This document shows, piece by piece, positions 1 to 12,235 of a stretch of 64,000 nucleotides of DNA. This DNA comes from Emiliania huxleyi CCMP1516 (taxonomy: Eukaryota). The position numbers and the translations under genes are program-made. The stretch spans positions 62,001 through 126,000 of the forward strand of contig NW_005201202.1 of NCBI RefSeq assembly GCF_000372725.1. The letters are read 5' to 3'. The notes beneath the pieces are model-generated. The model searched no databases. It was not told where the DNA came from and worked only from the letters and a program-made list of their open reading frames with translations. How positions within the stretch are numbered: the first letter of the stretch is position 1; each line of letters opens with the position of its first letter.

Positions 1-891
1 CTCCTGCGCGATCGCCGCCGCTCGCTCCTCCTGCGCCGCACCGAGACTGCCTGGCTCAGCGCCACTGGCCGCCGCCTCGCCCTCCTCCTCTCGATCCCCG
101 CCGCAGTCACCGTCACTGGCAGCCTCCTCGCCACCTCTCCAGCCATCGCCGCCGCCGCCGCCGGCCCCGTCAAGCGCCGCGAAGAGGGAGGCGAGGTCGG
201 CCGGGTGGCACCCCGTGTGCCTTCGCACCCAAGCGGCGAGGGAAGCCAACCACTCGGGAGCGCCGCAGCGGGCGAGCAGAGCGGCGGCGGCGGCGTCACT
301 GGCCGGCAGCGAGACCGAGTGGTGAGTGACGCGGCCAGGGTCCTCGCCGCCGCTCCGCAGCAGCTCCTCGCAAAACTCGGCCGCGAAGAGCGTGCCGTCC
401 GCCACCACACAGATTGTCGCGCCGAGCGGCAGCGCCTCCTCGCAGACCCAGCGGCGGGTCGCCTCCTCCTCGAGGTGCGGCTGGAAGAGGCACAGGACGA
501 GGCGGCGGGGACCAGAGAGGCAGACCTGCGGCACCGGCGTCTGGAAGCGGCGAGCAAACTCTGCCGCGAGTCGGCCCGGCGGTGCCAATGCAGCGCCGAG
601 CGGCTCATCCCGCTGCAAGTATAGCCTCAGAGGCCCCTCCGGGTCCAGCGCCGCGATAGCGTCCCGCGCCGTCTCAGCAGCGCTGACACCGCGCACGATG
701 GCGACGCCCGGCGACGCAAGCCGCGCCGACAAGAGCTCCGCGTCGCGATCAGCCGGCGGGGCTGCCACGGGCAGCCGGGCGTTGGTGCGGGCGACGAGCG
801 AGTCGTACGACGTGGAGTGGCTGAGGTTGGCCGCGAGCGCGGCAGCAGCGGCCACAGGGACGGCGGCGGCGGCGGCGGCGGCGCGTCTCAT
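1..891 (-). CDS. Hypothetical protein, partial (runs off the window start)
   Basis: ATG at 891 (-) opens a frame (MRRAAAAAAAVPV...LRLYLQRDEPL...LVLCLFQPHLEEEATRRWVCEEALPLGATICVVADG...) with protein-like composition and no stop in the part I translated. Its absence from the ORF track fits a stop outside the window. Confidence 0.5.
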   Translation of the reverse strand, partial: MRRAAAAAAAVPVAAAAALAANLSHSTSYDSLVARTNARLPVAAPPADRDAELLSARLASPGVAIVRGVSAAETARDAIAALDPEGPLRLYLQRDEPLGAALAPPGRLAAEFARRFQTPVPQVCLSGPRRLVLCLFQPHLEEEATRRWVCEEALPLGATICVVADGTLFAAEFCEELLRSGGEDPGRVTHHSVSLPASDAAAAALLARCGAPEWLASLAAWVRRHTGCHPADLASLFAALDGAGGGGGDGWRGGEEAASDGDCGGDREEEGEAAASGAEPGSLGAAQEERAAAIAQE

Positions 892-923
892 TGGACAGCC
901 ACAAGGCGGAATCCTCACGCCAC

Positions 924-1784
924 GCTGAACACGAACCAGATTAGTCCTGTTTACGATAAACTAGGTCTAAACCTGGTATGGCTAATGGGGTTCCTCCCCC
1001 CCCCTCCCCCCCCCGCGTAGCGCGCACCTCCCCCCAGCTCCCCTGCTCTGTGACGAGAGAGATGCGGCTCTCAGCGGCACGCGCAAGCGTCAGCAGCCTT
1101 GCTTCTTCTCGCGCTGGTCGAGGTTGTGCATGGCAATCTTGACCGTCTCGAGGGTCCACGCGGCAGCGTCGAGGGATCTGCTTGCAGAAGCCGCTAATCT
1201 GACACCTGCGTCCTGCCGGAGCGCTTGCCCACAACGCCGACCGTAGTCTGCAGTGAGCGCGCCTCTTCCTTTGCAGAACTGTTGCAGAAAAGACGACGGT
1301 GACGGTGGCGCCCGCCTTGAGGCAGACTTTGGGCTCCATCCTCAGGCTTGGGAGTCGGGCGCAGGCTCTGGCCCGGGCTCGTTGCCCGCGCTGGGCTCGC
1401 CGCCCAGCACAGCCGATCGCCCTCCGGCAGGCGCTTGTCGTGCTCTGGGCCCGGCCTGGGGCTCCGTCGGGCCGGCCGCGCTCCGCCTCGGCGTCTTCTG
1501 GCACGTCCTCAGACTTGTCCTCAGAGAGCTCAGAAAGACGTGCCCATATCTCGGTTCTCGCGCTGATCGTCCTCGGCTGCCGGCGGGGAGAGAGTGCCCT
1601 CCTCCTCCTCAAGCCCACGCCAGTCAGTCTGCCTCTTCGCCCATGGCGCGGAGGCTCCGCGCTGCCCTAGAGGGGCGCCCTAACCGGGTCTAAACCTGGT
1701 ATGGCTAATGGGGTCCCCCACCCAGGCCGAGCCCTGTTTAGACCCAGTTTATCGTAAACAGGACTAATCTGGTTCGTGTTCAGC
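924..1784. mobile_element. Foldback/MITE-like element with 49-bp terminal inverted repeats
   Basis: 924-972 and 1736-1784 are reverse complements with 1 mismatch. Internal 28-bp direct repeat ggtctaaacctggtatggctaatggggt at 964-991 and 1687-1714. No clear TSD. Confidence 0.65.
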
Positions 1785-1871
1785 CGTGGTCTAAACTGGG
1801 TCTAAACATGGTCTAAACTGGTTCGCTTGGAACTCTCATAATCCAGCGGCGGCTTCCTACCCTATCCCACT

Positions 1872-2190
1872 GGAGCGGTGAAGGTGTGGTACTATATACC
1901 AACTAAATAAAGTGATGGTTGGTGGTACTCTCCTGTGCAACCACAGTCCTTCCTGTGACATGGCAGTCCGGAGCACTTGGAGTGCAGTCATTAACCGCAC
2001 ATCCAGGGCCGGGGAGCTAAGAAGCGCACCCAGCGGGCCGGATGATTGGCATCGGGTTACGGGCTTTTCCTTCCCTTACTTACTCGAGCACTTGGAGCAC
2101 TTGGAGTGCAGTCGGTAACCTCACATCCAGGGCCGGTGAGCTGAGAAGCGCATCCAGCGGGCCGGATGATCGGTGTCGGGTTACGGGCTA
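1872..2190. repeat. Dispersed-repeat modules
   Basis: 1872-1966 matches the reverse complement of 25058-25145. The module ttggagtgcagtc...catccagggccggggagctaagaag occurs twice here (~1978, ~2101) and again at ~15035-15093. Confidence 0.7.
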
Positions 2191-2904
2191 GAGAGCCCTG
2201 ACCCCTAGCTAGGGGGGTGCGCATTCGCAGGGCAAGGGCCTTAAAGTAAACACAGGTCTCCGAGGGTTAGTTCTGCGCTTTGGGTGTCCCCTAGCGGCGG
2301 AACGCCCCCTCTACTCGGAGCTAGTGAACACCAGACACTAGACACGAGCATGACGTACACTCTCACCCGACATCGCTGGAGATGTTTTCTTTCTTTTTCT
2401 ACTCGGAGCCAGTGAGACGAGAATACGCACATCTTACAAGAATACATACTGCCCCCACGGAGCACCTGCACTACTCGACGATAATACAAGAAGAATACGC
2501 AGCTTGGAAGTTGCAGACGCCTATAAAGAAAAAAACAGCCAGCTAAATTTCGGCGGCTAAAAAGCAAAGGACGGGCGCTTTTGATCGGCAAAGCAAAGTT
2601 GGAGTAACGGCGACCGCATCGCCACAATGCCAGTCGCCTGTCGAGCAGCCTTGGCGGCGCGCATGCGCCGCAGGGTTGACCGACAGCCGCGCGCCTCGAG
2701 CCTCTCGCTCCACTCGCGGCACGACGCGCCCCGCGCGCCGGTCAGCGCAGCAGGAGTATTGCGACATGCTGCACAACGCCAGTCCGAGTAATTCGTCATC
2801 TCGGCTCAGGGACGGACGAGCTGCTCCGTCAGCGACCCGACCGTGCGCGAGCCGCTCTGCACCGCGGCGGCCGCCGAAGCGACCGGACGGACGCTTCGGC
2901 TGGC

Positions 2905-5900
2905 ATGCTCGCCACCTTCCTCTCTGGCGCTGTGGCTGGCGCGGCTCTCGCCATGCTCCTCTCCCACGCCGGAGAGATCTCGGACGTCAAGGGGCATCGG
3001 CTGCCGACGTCTCTCGCCGACGCCTTTGCTCACATCCGGGAAGGCTGGGCTCATCCGACTCTGATGACGATCGCTCTGATGCGCCACCCGCTGCTCCTGC
3101 TCGTCACGCAGCTCCTACTGCTCGTCGTTCGCGCGGCATGGCGGCGCGTCGTGCTGCGGCGGCTGTGGTTGCACTGGCCGGCTGGCATCAAGGCGATCCT
3201 CGAGGTGCACTCGGCTCTCCTCGGCTTGGTGGTCGCGTGCCTGCTACTCGGCTCGGCTATCGCGCAGTCAACCGTCCGGTTTCCCGGCTGCGGAGCCGGC
3301 GCCAGTGCAGGTGGCGCCGGCAGCGGGTCGTGCCGGGAGCCCGCCTTTGACACCAGGGCTGCATTTGAGGACTTTGACTGGGCGCTGCATGGCCTCCTCG
3401 TCCAGACGTTGCTCCCCTTTTTCCTCCACCCAGGGCTGGCGCCGCGGCTGATCGAGGTGATCGCCGCTCGCGCACCGAGCCACGTTCGGGAGGGCCTCCT
3501 CGCCCTGCGCAGCTCGGCCCGCAGGGTGAGGGGCGCGGTGCGGCTGTGCTACGCATGCAGCCTCGTGCTGATCCTGCTGCTGCTCTTGCCACTCACCCTC
3601 GAGGCCGGCGTGCGGTGGTGGCGGCTCGAGCTGCTCCCTTCTCTCCCCGCCGTGGTCGCGAGCCCGCAGGCGGACGCGGCGGACGAGGCGGCGCTCGCGG
3701 CGGGCGCGGCGTCGACGTTGCGGCTGCTCGCGCTCTTTGCGATGCTGCGGCGGTTGGGCAAGACCATCGACCTGCAGCTGGGCCACTACTACGGCCACCA
3801 GGAGGAGCGCACCGCCCGGGCCATCAGCGTTGCGACCGGCGCGGCGAGCCGCCGCTCTGCGGCTGCAAGCGCGCAGCCCACAAACACGACGACCACCGCC
3901 CTCCGGGCTGTACACTTCAAGCATGTCCTCGTCCACCGCGTGCGAGCGGGGCGCTCGACGTCGCTGCTCCGGCTCCTCGGCGCGCCGCGCTGGCTCAAGT
4001 CGTTTGTGCGCTCGCTGCGCTGGCTCTGCGTCACCCCGCCCACCTACCTCTTCTGGGCCGCCCTCTCGGCAGAGGTGGAGGCCGCGTGCGGCTGGCGGAG
4101 GCTGCTGCTGCCGTGCCTCCTCTTCGCCGCAAACGAGTGCGGGCAGACGGCGCGGCTGCTCGCGCTGCTGGCCGTGCCCGAGAGCTCCACCGCAGCGCGA
4201 GGGCTCCACCGCAGCGTGAGGCTGAGATCCGCGTTTTGGCTCCACCGCCTCGAGATAGTCGCCGCGCTGCATTGGCTCACGCTCTGTGCCGCCGCCGCCG
4301 CGCCGGGCGCCTTCTTCGGCCCGTCGCCGCCCGTGGTGGGCGTGCTGCTCGCCGCGCTGCCCGCCGCCCTCGTCGGCGTGACGACCCTCGAGCAGCTGCC
4401 CGGCGACGCCTCCGAGCTCGCCGTGCTCCTCCGCTCCGCCGGCAGGGTGGCCGCTCCGGGAGACCTCCACCACCTCGTTGCGCAGGCGCGGCACCGCGGG
4501 CTGCTCCTCGCCCCTTCCCGCCCTCCACACCCCCTCCACACCCCCTCCACACACCCTCCACACCCTCCCCGCCGCGCACAGGCGTGGTACCGAGGGCTGC
4601 TCAACGCCGCCGTCGTCGAGCCCGAGGCGCTCGCAGGCACAGTCGGCCTGGCGGATGCGCAGCGACAGCTGCCGTGGTGGCTGCGGCCGCCGCTGCCCGA
4701 CGCGCGGCAGCTGCGCTCCGTGCCGCTGCTGCAGCCAAATCTTACGCCGATGACGCCGGAGCCCGGATCGAGCACGGCGCGCCTCCTCGGCTGGGGGTCC
4801 GCGGCCGCCACGGCCTTCGCCACTTCGGACTCCTTCGACTTTGCCTCGGGCAAGGAGCTGGGCCCGCCGCCCACCCGCGGGGCGAGCAGCCTCTTCCTGT
4901 CGGGGCTGGACCGCCTCCCCTCGACCCTCGGCGCGAGAGGCCTGAGCGTCGGCAACCTGCGCGCGCTCGCCCGCTCGACCCGAGAGATGCTCTCGCCCTC
5001 GCAGTCGCGGCTGGCCCTCGAGACGCCGCTGCAGGGCCTCAGGGCGGCCGTCCTCGCCGCGCTTCCCGACGACCTCGCCTCCTTCCTTGCCGACGGCGCG
5101 GACGTGCTGGTGCGGACCGTTTTCGACCGCGGCAAGCGAGGCACACTCGAGCGGCAGATCCGAGAGGTTCTCCGCGTGCTCGGCGCGGTGGCCTCGCACG
5201 CGACGCAGCGCGTGCTCTTCTCGTGGAGCGGCCGCCGCCGCCTCCTCGGCGGCCTCGCCACCCTCGAAGACATGCTCCACCTCGCCGGCGAGGCGCCGCC
5301 CGAGAGCAGCCGCACCAGCAGTAGCTCGCAAAGGGGGTCGGACGGCGTCTCCACCGACCCACTCCCTCGCCGCACGAAGAGCGACTCGAGCTGCTCGAAG
5401 AGCGAACGAGCCCCAGAGCGCACGGCGCTGCCGCCGTTGCTATCGCTGCTCGCCGGGCGCGAGCGGCGCTTCATGGCGCAGCTACGCGCGGCGGCGAAGC
5501 CGGTGGGGCGACACGGGACGGGCGGCGGCCGGGTCAACGCTAGGGACCCCTTTGCGTTCGGGTTTGACGGCTCTTGGGTGATCGACGAGCCCGGGGAGAT
5601 GTTTTTGATGTCCTTGCGCAAGCGTGGGAGCGAAGCGGACAACAGGGAGGGCAGCGGCGCTCGCAAGCGTGGGAGCGAATCGGACAACAGGGAGGGCAGC
5701 GGCGCTCGCAAGTGCGGGAGTGAAGCCGGCGGCAGCGAGGGCGGCGGCGCTCGCAAGCGTGAGAGCGAAGCCGGTGGCAGCGAGAGCGGCCGCGCCGGGG
5801 GCGAGGGCGGCGGCGAGGACGAGGGCCCCAGCCACCGCGAGACGGGTAGCGGTGGCAGCAGCGATGGAGGAGGAGACGACGGCGATGGCGTGTGCCTGTG

Positions 5901-7193
5901 GCCGGGCGGGCCACGGCTGCCGCGCGCCTGGAAACTTCCTCGTCTCGCGATGCCTCACCCTCCATGGGCGCCCAAGCCGCCCAAGCCGCCCTCCTCAGGC
6001 GAGCCGCACTCAACGAGGCTGGAGAGAGAGGAGAGAGGCTCACGTCGGCGACCGCACGCAGGCGGCTTGTTGGTGCAGGAGGCGGTGCCGCTCTCCGCGC
6101 TCTACGACCTCGCCGGCCACAGCTACGAGGGAAGGGGCGCCGAGCTCATCGCTCGCCGCGCGCACGCGGGCATCGAAGGCACTTCCGTGCGTGTGATGCG
6201 CTACCCTCCCTCGTGGAGCTGCGTGCCGCCTTCGCCGCGGCCTCGAGCCCCACACCACGTTGGGCCACGAGCCACGCTCGCCGGCCTCCGCGCCACCCGA
6301 AGCGAGGGGCCTGAGCCGCCGGAGGAGGATCTGAAGGGGCTGCCGCCCCTCTGGTTCCACGCGACGGTGACGGCGCGGCACCCCAAGGCGCCGGAAGAGG
6401 TGCAAGCGGTCGACCTCGAGTACAAGTTCTGCTGCCTCGAGCCGCGCTTTGGCGACAGCTGCGATACGACTTCGCTCAACATCTTACTGCCCGAGCTGTG
6501 CGTCGCGATCGAGGGACTGGCCGTCGACCTCATCGATCGCAGCAGCAGCGGGGTGGCGGCCACCAGCTCTCTCCCCGACGTCATCTCGGCGCGCTGGGAG
6601 GAGCCGACCGCCGCCGAGGGGCGAGAGGGACTCTTTGGGAAGCTCTCGTTTGTCCTGCAACGGCCGGTGCTCTTCCAGCTGGTGGCGGAGGCGCGGCGGC
6701 TCTCGGTGCGAGGCAAGAAGGCTCTGCAGGTGCTCAACCCGCTGATCGGCACGCGTCGCGAGATGCGGATTGAGGCAGACGTCGAGCTGGCACGTCAGTC
6801 GACAGCTCGGAGCGTTCCCTGCACCTTCTCACAATGTTCCCCTAGGCGGACGTTGAGCTGACGCGGCTGACGTACAGTCTCATCTTCCGTGAGGAGGAGG
6901 TTCACTGGTCCATCTCCGACATCCATCTGCAGCTCGCCCGGGATGGCTCCATCCAGTGCCGCTCCGCCGAGGGTGGGCTCGTCGAGTGGCTGCTGCGCGC
7001 CGTCCCCGCGAAGCTGCTCGAGATCATAAACAAGGCGCTGCAGGACAACCTTCGCAAGGAGCAGCCTCTCTTTTTGTGGCGCGGCGACGCGGCCGAGATT
7101 GGTGCGCTCGACGGCTTCTATCGCGAGCTTTCTCGCCTCGCGTGGCTCAAGCAGGAGGTGATGCGCAGCTTTCGAGACTCGGGCGCCAGCTGA
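2905..7193 (+). CDS. Large multi-pass membrane protein of unknown function (spliced)
   Basis: 1318-aa ORF with several hydrophobic segments in the N-half. Putative GC-AG introns at 4486-4581 and 6775-6845; splicing the second extends the frame (ADVELTRLTYSLIFREEEVHW...) to TGA 7191-7193. Coding tandem repeat RKRGSExDNREGSGA at ~5615-5790. Confidence 0.65.
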
Positions 7194-7969
7194 GGGGGTA
7201 CGAGGTGGTGGTGCCGTGGCGTCGGAGTGGACGCCACGAAGCGAGGCAGCGGTGGAGATGGTCTTGCCTTTGCATGTGGGTGGCAAGGGGTCGCTTGTAG
7301 TTGCGCGCCAGATGTACCATCGAGATGTGTTGCGCGAGCATTGGATGAGACGCGCTGTGGGTAACCTCATCCTCAAAGAAGTGTTGCGTTTGGTCGTAGG
7401 AGTAAAAAAAACCGAGGGCGGTGTCGTGTGCTGCCTTGTGTTTGGATACCTTGTCCTCCTCCTCCTTTCCCCTAAAAATAGAGCAGTCATCTCCAGGAGA
7501 GATGGGCGACGCACGAACACAGAGGCACAGAGCACAGTGCGCACCCCGCCCCGCTCACAGGGCGTGCATCACACAGGCGTGGACTGTGTGACTCCTCGGG
7601 TTTCTGGGACAGAGGTGTGCTAGTCGCTACAGTCGGACGGCTCCGGCACGTCTGATAGGCAGTTCGGGCTCGAGTGAGGGCCGCGGTCGCGGTCGCGGCC
7701 AGCGCGCGGGACTTCGCGCGGGGCCTGGCTGGGGCTGCCGGGAAGGATCTCGATCCACGCGCCGGAGCGCGCGTGGTGCTTGAGCAGCCGGGCGGTCGCC
7801 GCAGCCACCTCGATCGGCAGCTCGTCGAGCCACTCGGCAAAGGTTCCCTCCTCTTGCGCCTCCTTTCACCTCGTTTGAGTTGTCGTTCGGGCTCCATCTC
7901 TTTTTCGTATGACACAGAGTTCTTTTGTTTAAACTCTTTTTCGTACAACTTCGTAACGTACTCGAAACC

Positions 7970-9337
7970 ATGTCCGGCGCGTTTGCCGGCGAGGGCCTAA
8001 AGAGCCCGCGCTTTCGAGCCAAGGTCGCGCAGCAGCAGCGCCAGCGGCTCTCCCGGCACACGCCTTTGCGGCAAGAGGCCGACCTCGCAGCTGTCAGTGG
8101 TGCTCCGGAGAAGGCTGCCCGAACGGCAGCGCCATTAGAGGCGGCACACCGTTTCATTGGAGAGTACGCCAACACTGCGAGAGGGCCTCGGTCCAAATGG
8201 CCATCGGCAATAGCGGATGGACGCAGAGTGACGACGGGCATTGAGGGAGCAGACAGTCGGTCGGTGCCGGCGCCGACTCTGGCGCCGTCGGCTCCAGCGC
8301 CGCTGGCGCCACCGCCACTGGCACCAACACCGCCGCTCCCATCCCTTCCTCCGACGCCGCCTCCGCCGCCACCGCCTTCTTCCCACCCACCACAACAGCC
8401 ACATTCTGCCAGCACTCTGCCTCAGCTGTCACCTCGATCCTCTCCGCGCCACTCTCCGCTCGGCAGTAACGACGAGGCGAGGCACGAGGCGAGGCATGCC
8501 ACCGACCTGGCGTCGCGAGGGGGCGCGTTCCGGTCCGATGCCGTCCGGCTCGCCGTCACGGTCGCCGACGGGCTGGCTGTCGCCGAGCGGGAGGCTGGTT
8601 GCGGCCCGTCGGTGCAGGCTGCCCGCGCTTGCATGAGGCTCCTGGACGAGCTTGTTGGGGCAGTCGACCCTGCGGTGGCGCCGCTGCTCGCGCGGGCAGC
8701 GGCCGTCGCCGAGCGCTGCATCTTTTCGGATGAGGTGGACGGGTCCGCGTGCGGGGCGGCAGGCGTGCTGAGGGAGTCCTCGGGTGCATGGGAGACGCGG
8801 CTCCCCTTCTTTGAGATTGCGGAGAGCGTGAGCGCGTCGATGCTGGATGCGGCAGAGGCGCAGCGGAGAGAGGCATGCCGCGCGGCGGCGTTGGCGCAGA
8901 GGGAGTGCGCGGCGGCGGTGGAGGAGGGGACGGGCCACCTGAGTGCACAGCTCAAGCAGAAGAGCAAGCTCCTCGAGCGGCTCGAGGCGGACCGGGCGAC
9001 GCTGCGGGCAAAGCTGGAGCACGAGTACGAGGCGGCAGAGAGCAGCGAGCGGCGCTACCAGGCACCGTGCGCTGGGTGGCCCCTGCCGCAGCCTCGCATT
9101 GAGAGACGGCGACTCCTCCCGCAGGCGCTTCTGGCCGAGTCGGTTGAGGTGCACCGAGAGCGAATGCAGGCCATGCAAGCGATGCAGACGATGCAGAAGA
9201 CCAACGAGCAGCTTCGTGCCGCGCTCGTTGACGCCGAGGGCATGAACGCGAAGCACGAGACGGATGTCCAGCGGAAAGTCGTTCGCCGATTCTCCGATGC
9301 AGCAGGAGAGGGGAGAGGACCGCCGGCAGACGACTGA
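7970..9337 (+). CDS. Hypothetical Pro-rich/coiled-coil protein
   Basis: Long ORF with a poly-Pro stretch and a C-terminal coiled coil (LKQKSKLLERLEADRATLRAKLEHE). In-frame GC-AG intron candidate at 9062-9124. Confidence 0.55.
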   Translation: MSGAFAGEGLKSPRFRAKVAQQQRQRLSRHTPLRQEADLAAVSGAPEKAARTAAPLEAAHRFIGEYANTARGPRSKWPSAIADGRRVTTGIEGADSRSVPAPTLAPSAPAPLAPPPLAPTPPLPSLPPTPPPPPPPSSHPPQQPHSASTLPQLSPRSSPRHSPLGSNDEARHEARHATDLASRGGAFRSDAVRLAVTVADGLAVAEREAGCGPSVQAARACMRLLDELVGAVDPAVAPLLARAAAVAERCIFSDEVDGSACGAAGVLRESSGAWETRLPFFEIAESVSASMLDAAEAQRREACRAAALAQRECAAAVEEGTGHLSAQLKQKSKLLERLEADRATLRAKLEHEYEAAESSERRYQAPCAGWPLPQPRIERRRLLPQALLAESVEVHRERMQAMQAMQTMQKTNEQLRAALVDAEGMNAKHETDVQRKVVRRFSDAAGEGRGPPADD

Positions 9338-9614
9338 GTGAGAGAGCACGACACGTACATATATACGCTTCTCAGCGACACACAATTGCGCACATGGGGT
9401 TAAATATACGGCTTTTAGTTTTACCCGCAAAGTCAGTAATTTACTCACACGCAACTCGTTCGACGTTCCTTCGCGACACACTATGTAACTCCGTCGTTTG
9501 GAGCTGCACAGCAGCCTGCAGCCACACGTGTGTCCGCACGAGGCGGCTGCAGCCCTGCTGGAGGCTGCAGTCCGGCCGGAAGCACCGCGCCCGCCTGCAA
9601 TGCTCTCGCCCGTC

Positions 9615-11850
9615 TCACCAATGCGTCCGCTGCATTCTCCCGGCGAAGCTCGGCTGCCTACCAGCGGAGAGGACGCGGTCTGGGGGACGAACGCCCGGGG
9701 GCGTGCCGTCTGGCGGGGAGTGGGAAGCTTCCGCCTCGAGCTCGCCCAGTCGCACGTCCATGCTGGCCGGCGGCTCGCCTGCGCAATGCCGCAACCACAC
9801 AGCGCGCAACGCGTGCTCCCATGTGCGCGTCCAGAGGCGCGTGTCGAAGAGAGGCGCCGAGAGGCGGCGCGCCCACAGCTTGCGGCGGAGAGCGAGCAGC
9901 TCGACGCGGCGCGTGCCGAGCCTGACCGCCCGCTCGACGTAATCGCCGATCCCTCCGTCGGCGATCATCTGCGGGCCGCAGCCGACGGCGGTGCAGAGCG
10001 ACGCGGCGACGCGAGAGCACATAGCGTCGCCTAGGAGTGTGCAGGGCGGCGAAGGCGTGGACGCGAAGAGGCGGGCCAGGAGCGGTGCGTGCGCAGAGTC
10101 TGCCGGGGCAGGTCAGGAGCGGGACCCCCGCCCAGAGCGCGTCGGCGGCGGTGGTGTGGCCGTTGCAGAGCGGGGTGTCGAGGAAGAGATCCGCCTGCGG
10201 AGGCGTGCGGTGCCAGCCTCAGGGGCGGCCGCTCGCCCCGGGAGAGAGGGGGGGGGGGGGGGGGCTGGCGGCAAGAGGGGTCCACCTCCCCCTCTAGAGG
10301 GAAGCGGAGCAGCCACAGCACGGAGCCGGGCACGCGGCGAAGGATGGAGAGCCACGCGGCAAAGGTCGCCGGGTCCACCTTGTACAGCTGGCTGAAGCAG
10401 CAAAACACCACACCCAGAGGGGGCAGACCATACCTCCGCCGCAGAATCTCGCGCAAGCCCCACCCTTCGCCGCCCTCGCTGTCCCCGCCTCCGCCGCCGC
10501 CCTCGTCGCCGCCACCCGCTCCGCCTCCGCCGCCGCCTCGCAGCCACGCCGCCGAGACGGCCGTCGGAGGCAGAATGCCTGTGCACAGGTGCGGGTGCGG
10601 GTGCGGGTGCGTGTGCGGGCGTCCGAGTGGGGTAGGGCGGAGCGTGTGCGCGCCGCAGTGGAGGAGGGTCTGCGCGTGGTCGGTGACGAGGTACGAGGGC
10701 GGCAGCCGGAGCAGTGCCTCCGAGTAGAGATGCCTGTCGCGTGGCAGTGACGCGTCACTGCCACGTCGCGACGGGAGCGAGCAAACGCCTCGGGAGTAGA
10801 GGCGCTCGAGCTGCGGCGGCGAGGCGACGGCGTCGGTCGCGAGGTAGTCGAGGAAGGCGCCTCCCGACGAGCCTGGGTCCGGGTCCGGGGCGGGGTCAGG
10901 GTCCGTCGCGTGGCAGTCGAGGCCCCGCATGCCGCACACCCGGGAAGCCGAGCATCCCGACCTGCAGAGGCGCGGGCCGAAGCGCGAAGAGCTCCGTCCT
11001 CGCGCCGCTCGTGAAGCCGTTGAGGTCGACGCAGACGTGGATGCCGTCCGCCGCGATCCGAGCCGCGATCGCGGCGCTGTCGCTCGAGGAGACGTCCACG
11101 AAGTGCTCTGCTGCAGACTCGACAGCGGCGCGAGGCGCAGACCTGTCGCTCTGGCGCAGCGAGTAGCAAAACACCTCGAGGCGGCTGCGGTCGTGGAGGG
11201 CAAAGAGCCTACGGCGCAGCGCACGGGCGGCAGTCGGTGCGCCTGCGGCCACGGCGCCGAGCAGAAGGCCCATCGCGGAGCCCTCGTGTCAGGTGTGTCA
11301 GCGGGTGGTCGCCAAAGTCGGCAGACACGTACCCCACTCGGAGCCGCGTCGCGCCCGCCGCGCCGCTGCCGGCCGCCGCGTCGCGCGGCGGGTGGCAGAG
11401 GCCGCCCGGAGGGAGGAGAGGCCTCAGGCTTGCGGCGACGGCCTCGGCGGCCGCGGCGTGCGCCTGTGCGAGCCGAAGGACAAGCGGCAGCTCGAGCGGC
11501 ACCGCAAAGGCGTCAAAGGGCTGCAGCGCCGGGCAGGCACCCTCGTCGAGCTGGCGCACGAGGCTGGCTCGCACCGAGACGAGCGTCGCCTCGCGGCTCG
11601 ACCAATCGCAGATGGAGGACTGCGCTCTGGCGAGGCTGCAGAGCGCTGCCGGGAAATATGCCTGCAACGCCAGCGCCGCACGGAAGTGGCGCACGGCAGC
11701 GCCGACGCGGCCAGAAGCTTGGTGTGCGAGAGCGGCGTGGTAATGCGCCAGTGCCTGTGCCTCAGTGCTCGGGGCGGAAGGTGCCGTGGCAGTGAGGTCA
11801 CGAGGGCTGTCGGGCGCTTTGAGCGAGCCGATGCTCCGCGACGCGATTTC
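9615..11850 (-). CDS. O-GlcNAc transferase-like GT41 protein (SEC/OGT type), multi-exon, start codon not found
   Basis: Motifs across exons: [105 protein letters not shown]. Only about one TPR precedes the catalytic region. Confidence 0.85.
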
Positions 11851-12235
11851 TTGGCTGCACAGCTGGCGAGGACGCGTGTGTGTGAGAGAGTGACACACTC
11901 ACACTCACTCACTACTCACGGGCGAGGCCAGCGACGCGACGCGGCGAAATGGGCCTTTACCCCCGCTCTGCCACTGTGGCCCGGGGGGATCCAGTTTCGC
12001 ACGCCCCCCGAGGTCTCTTGGGTCGTATGGTACATGTATATAGGGTGCCCACAGGACCCAAAAGAAAATAGGAGCGAGCAGTTTGTTGATCGTGGAAAAA
12101 GAATTTCGCATGCGTACATGCCGTGCTGCCATCCCTCCACCCCTCCCGGCCTGTTTTCGTTCTTCTTTCTGCAAGGACACCCCCTGCTTTGAGAATTATT
12201 TGTATTTTGTCCACATGCAAACACGCGGCTGTCAG

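Noticed and set aside
3268..5756. Long minus-strand ORFs of 687 and 570 aa (and similar shadow ORFs elsewhere)
   Set aside because: Antisense shadows of GC-rich genes, with Arg/Ala/Gly-rich composition and no motifs.
6060..7193. TULIP/SMP lipid-transfer fold in the C-terminus of the large membrane protein
   Set aside because: Only an impression from the beta/helix pattern; needs structure prediction.
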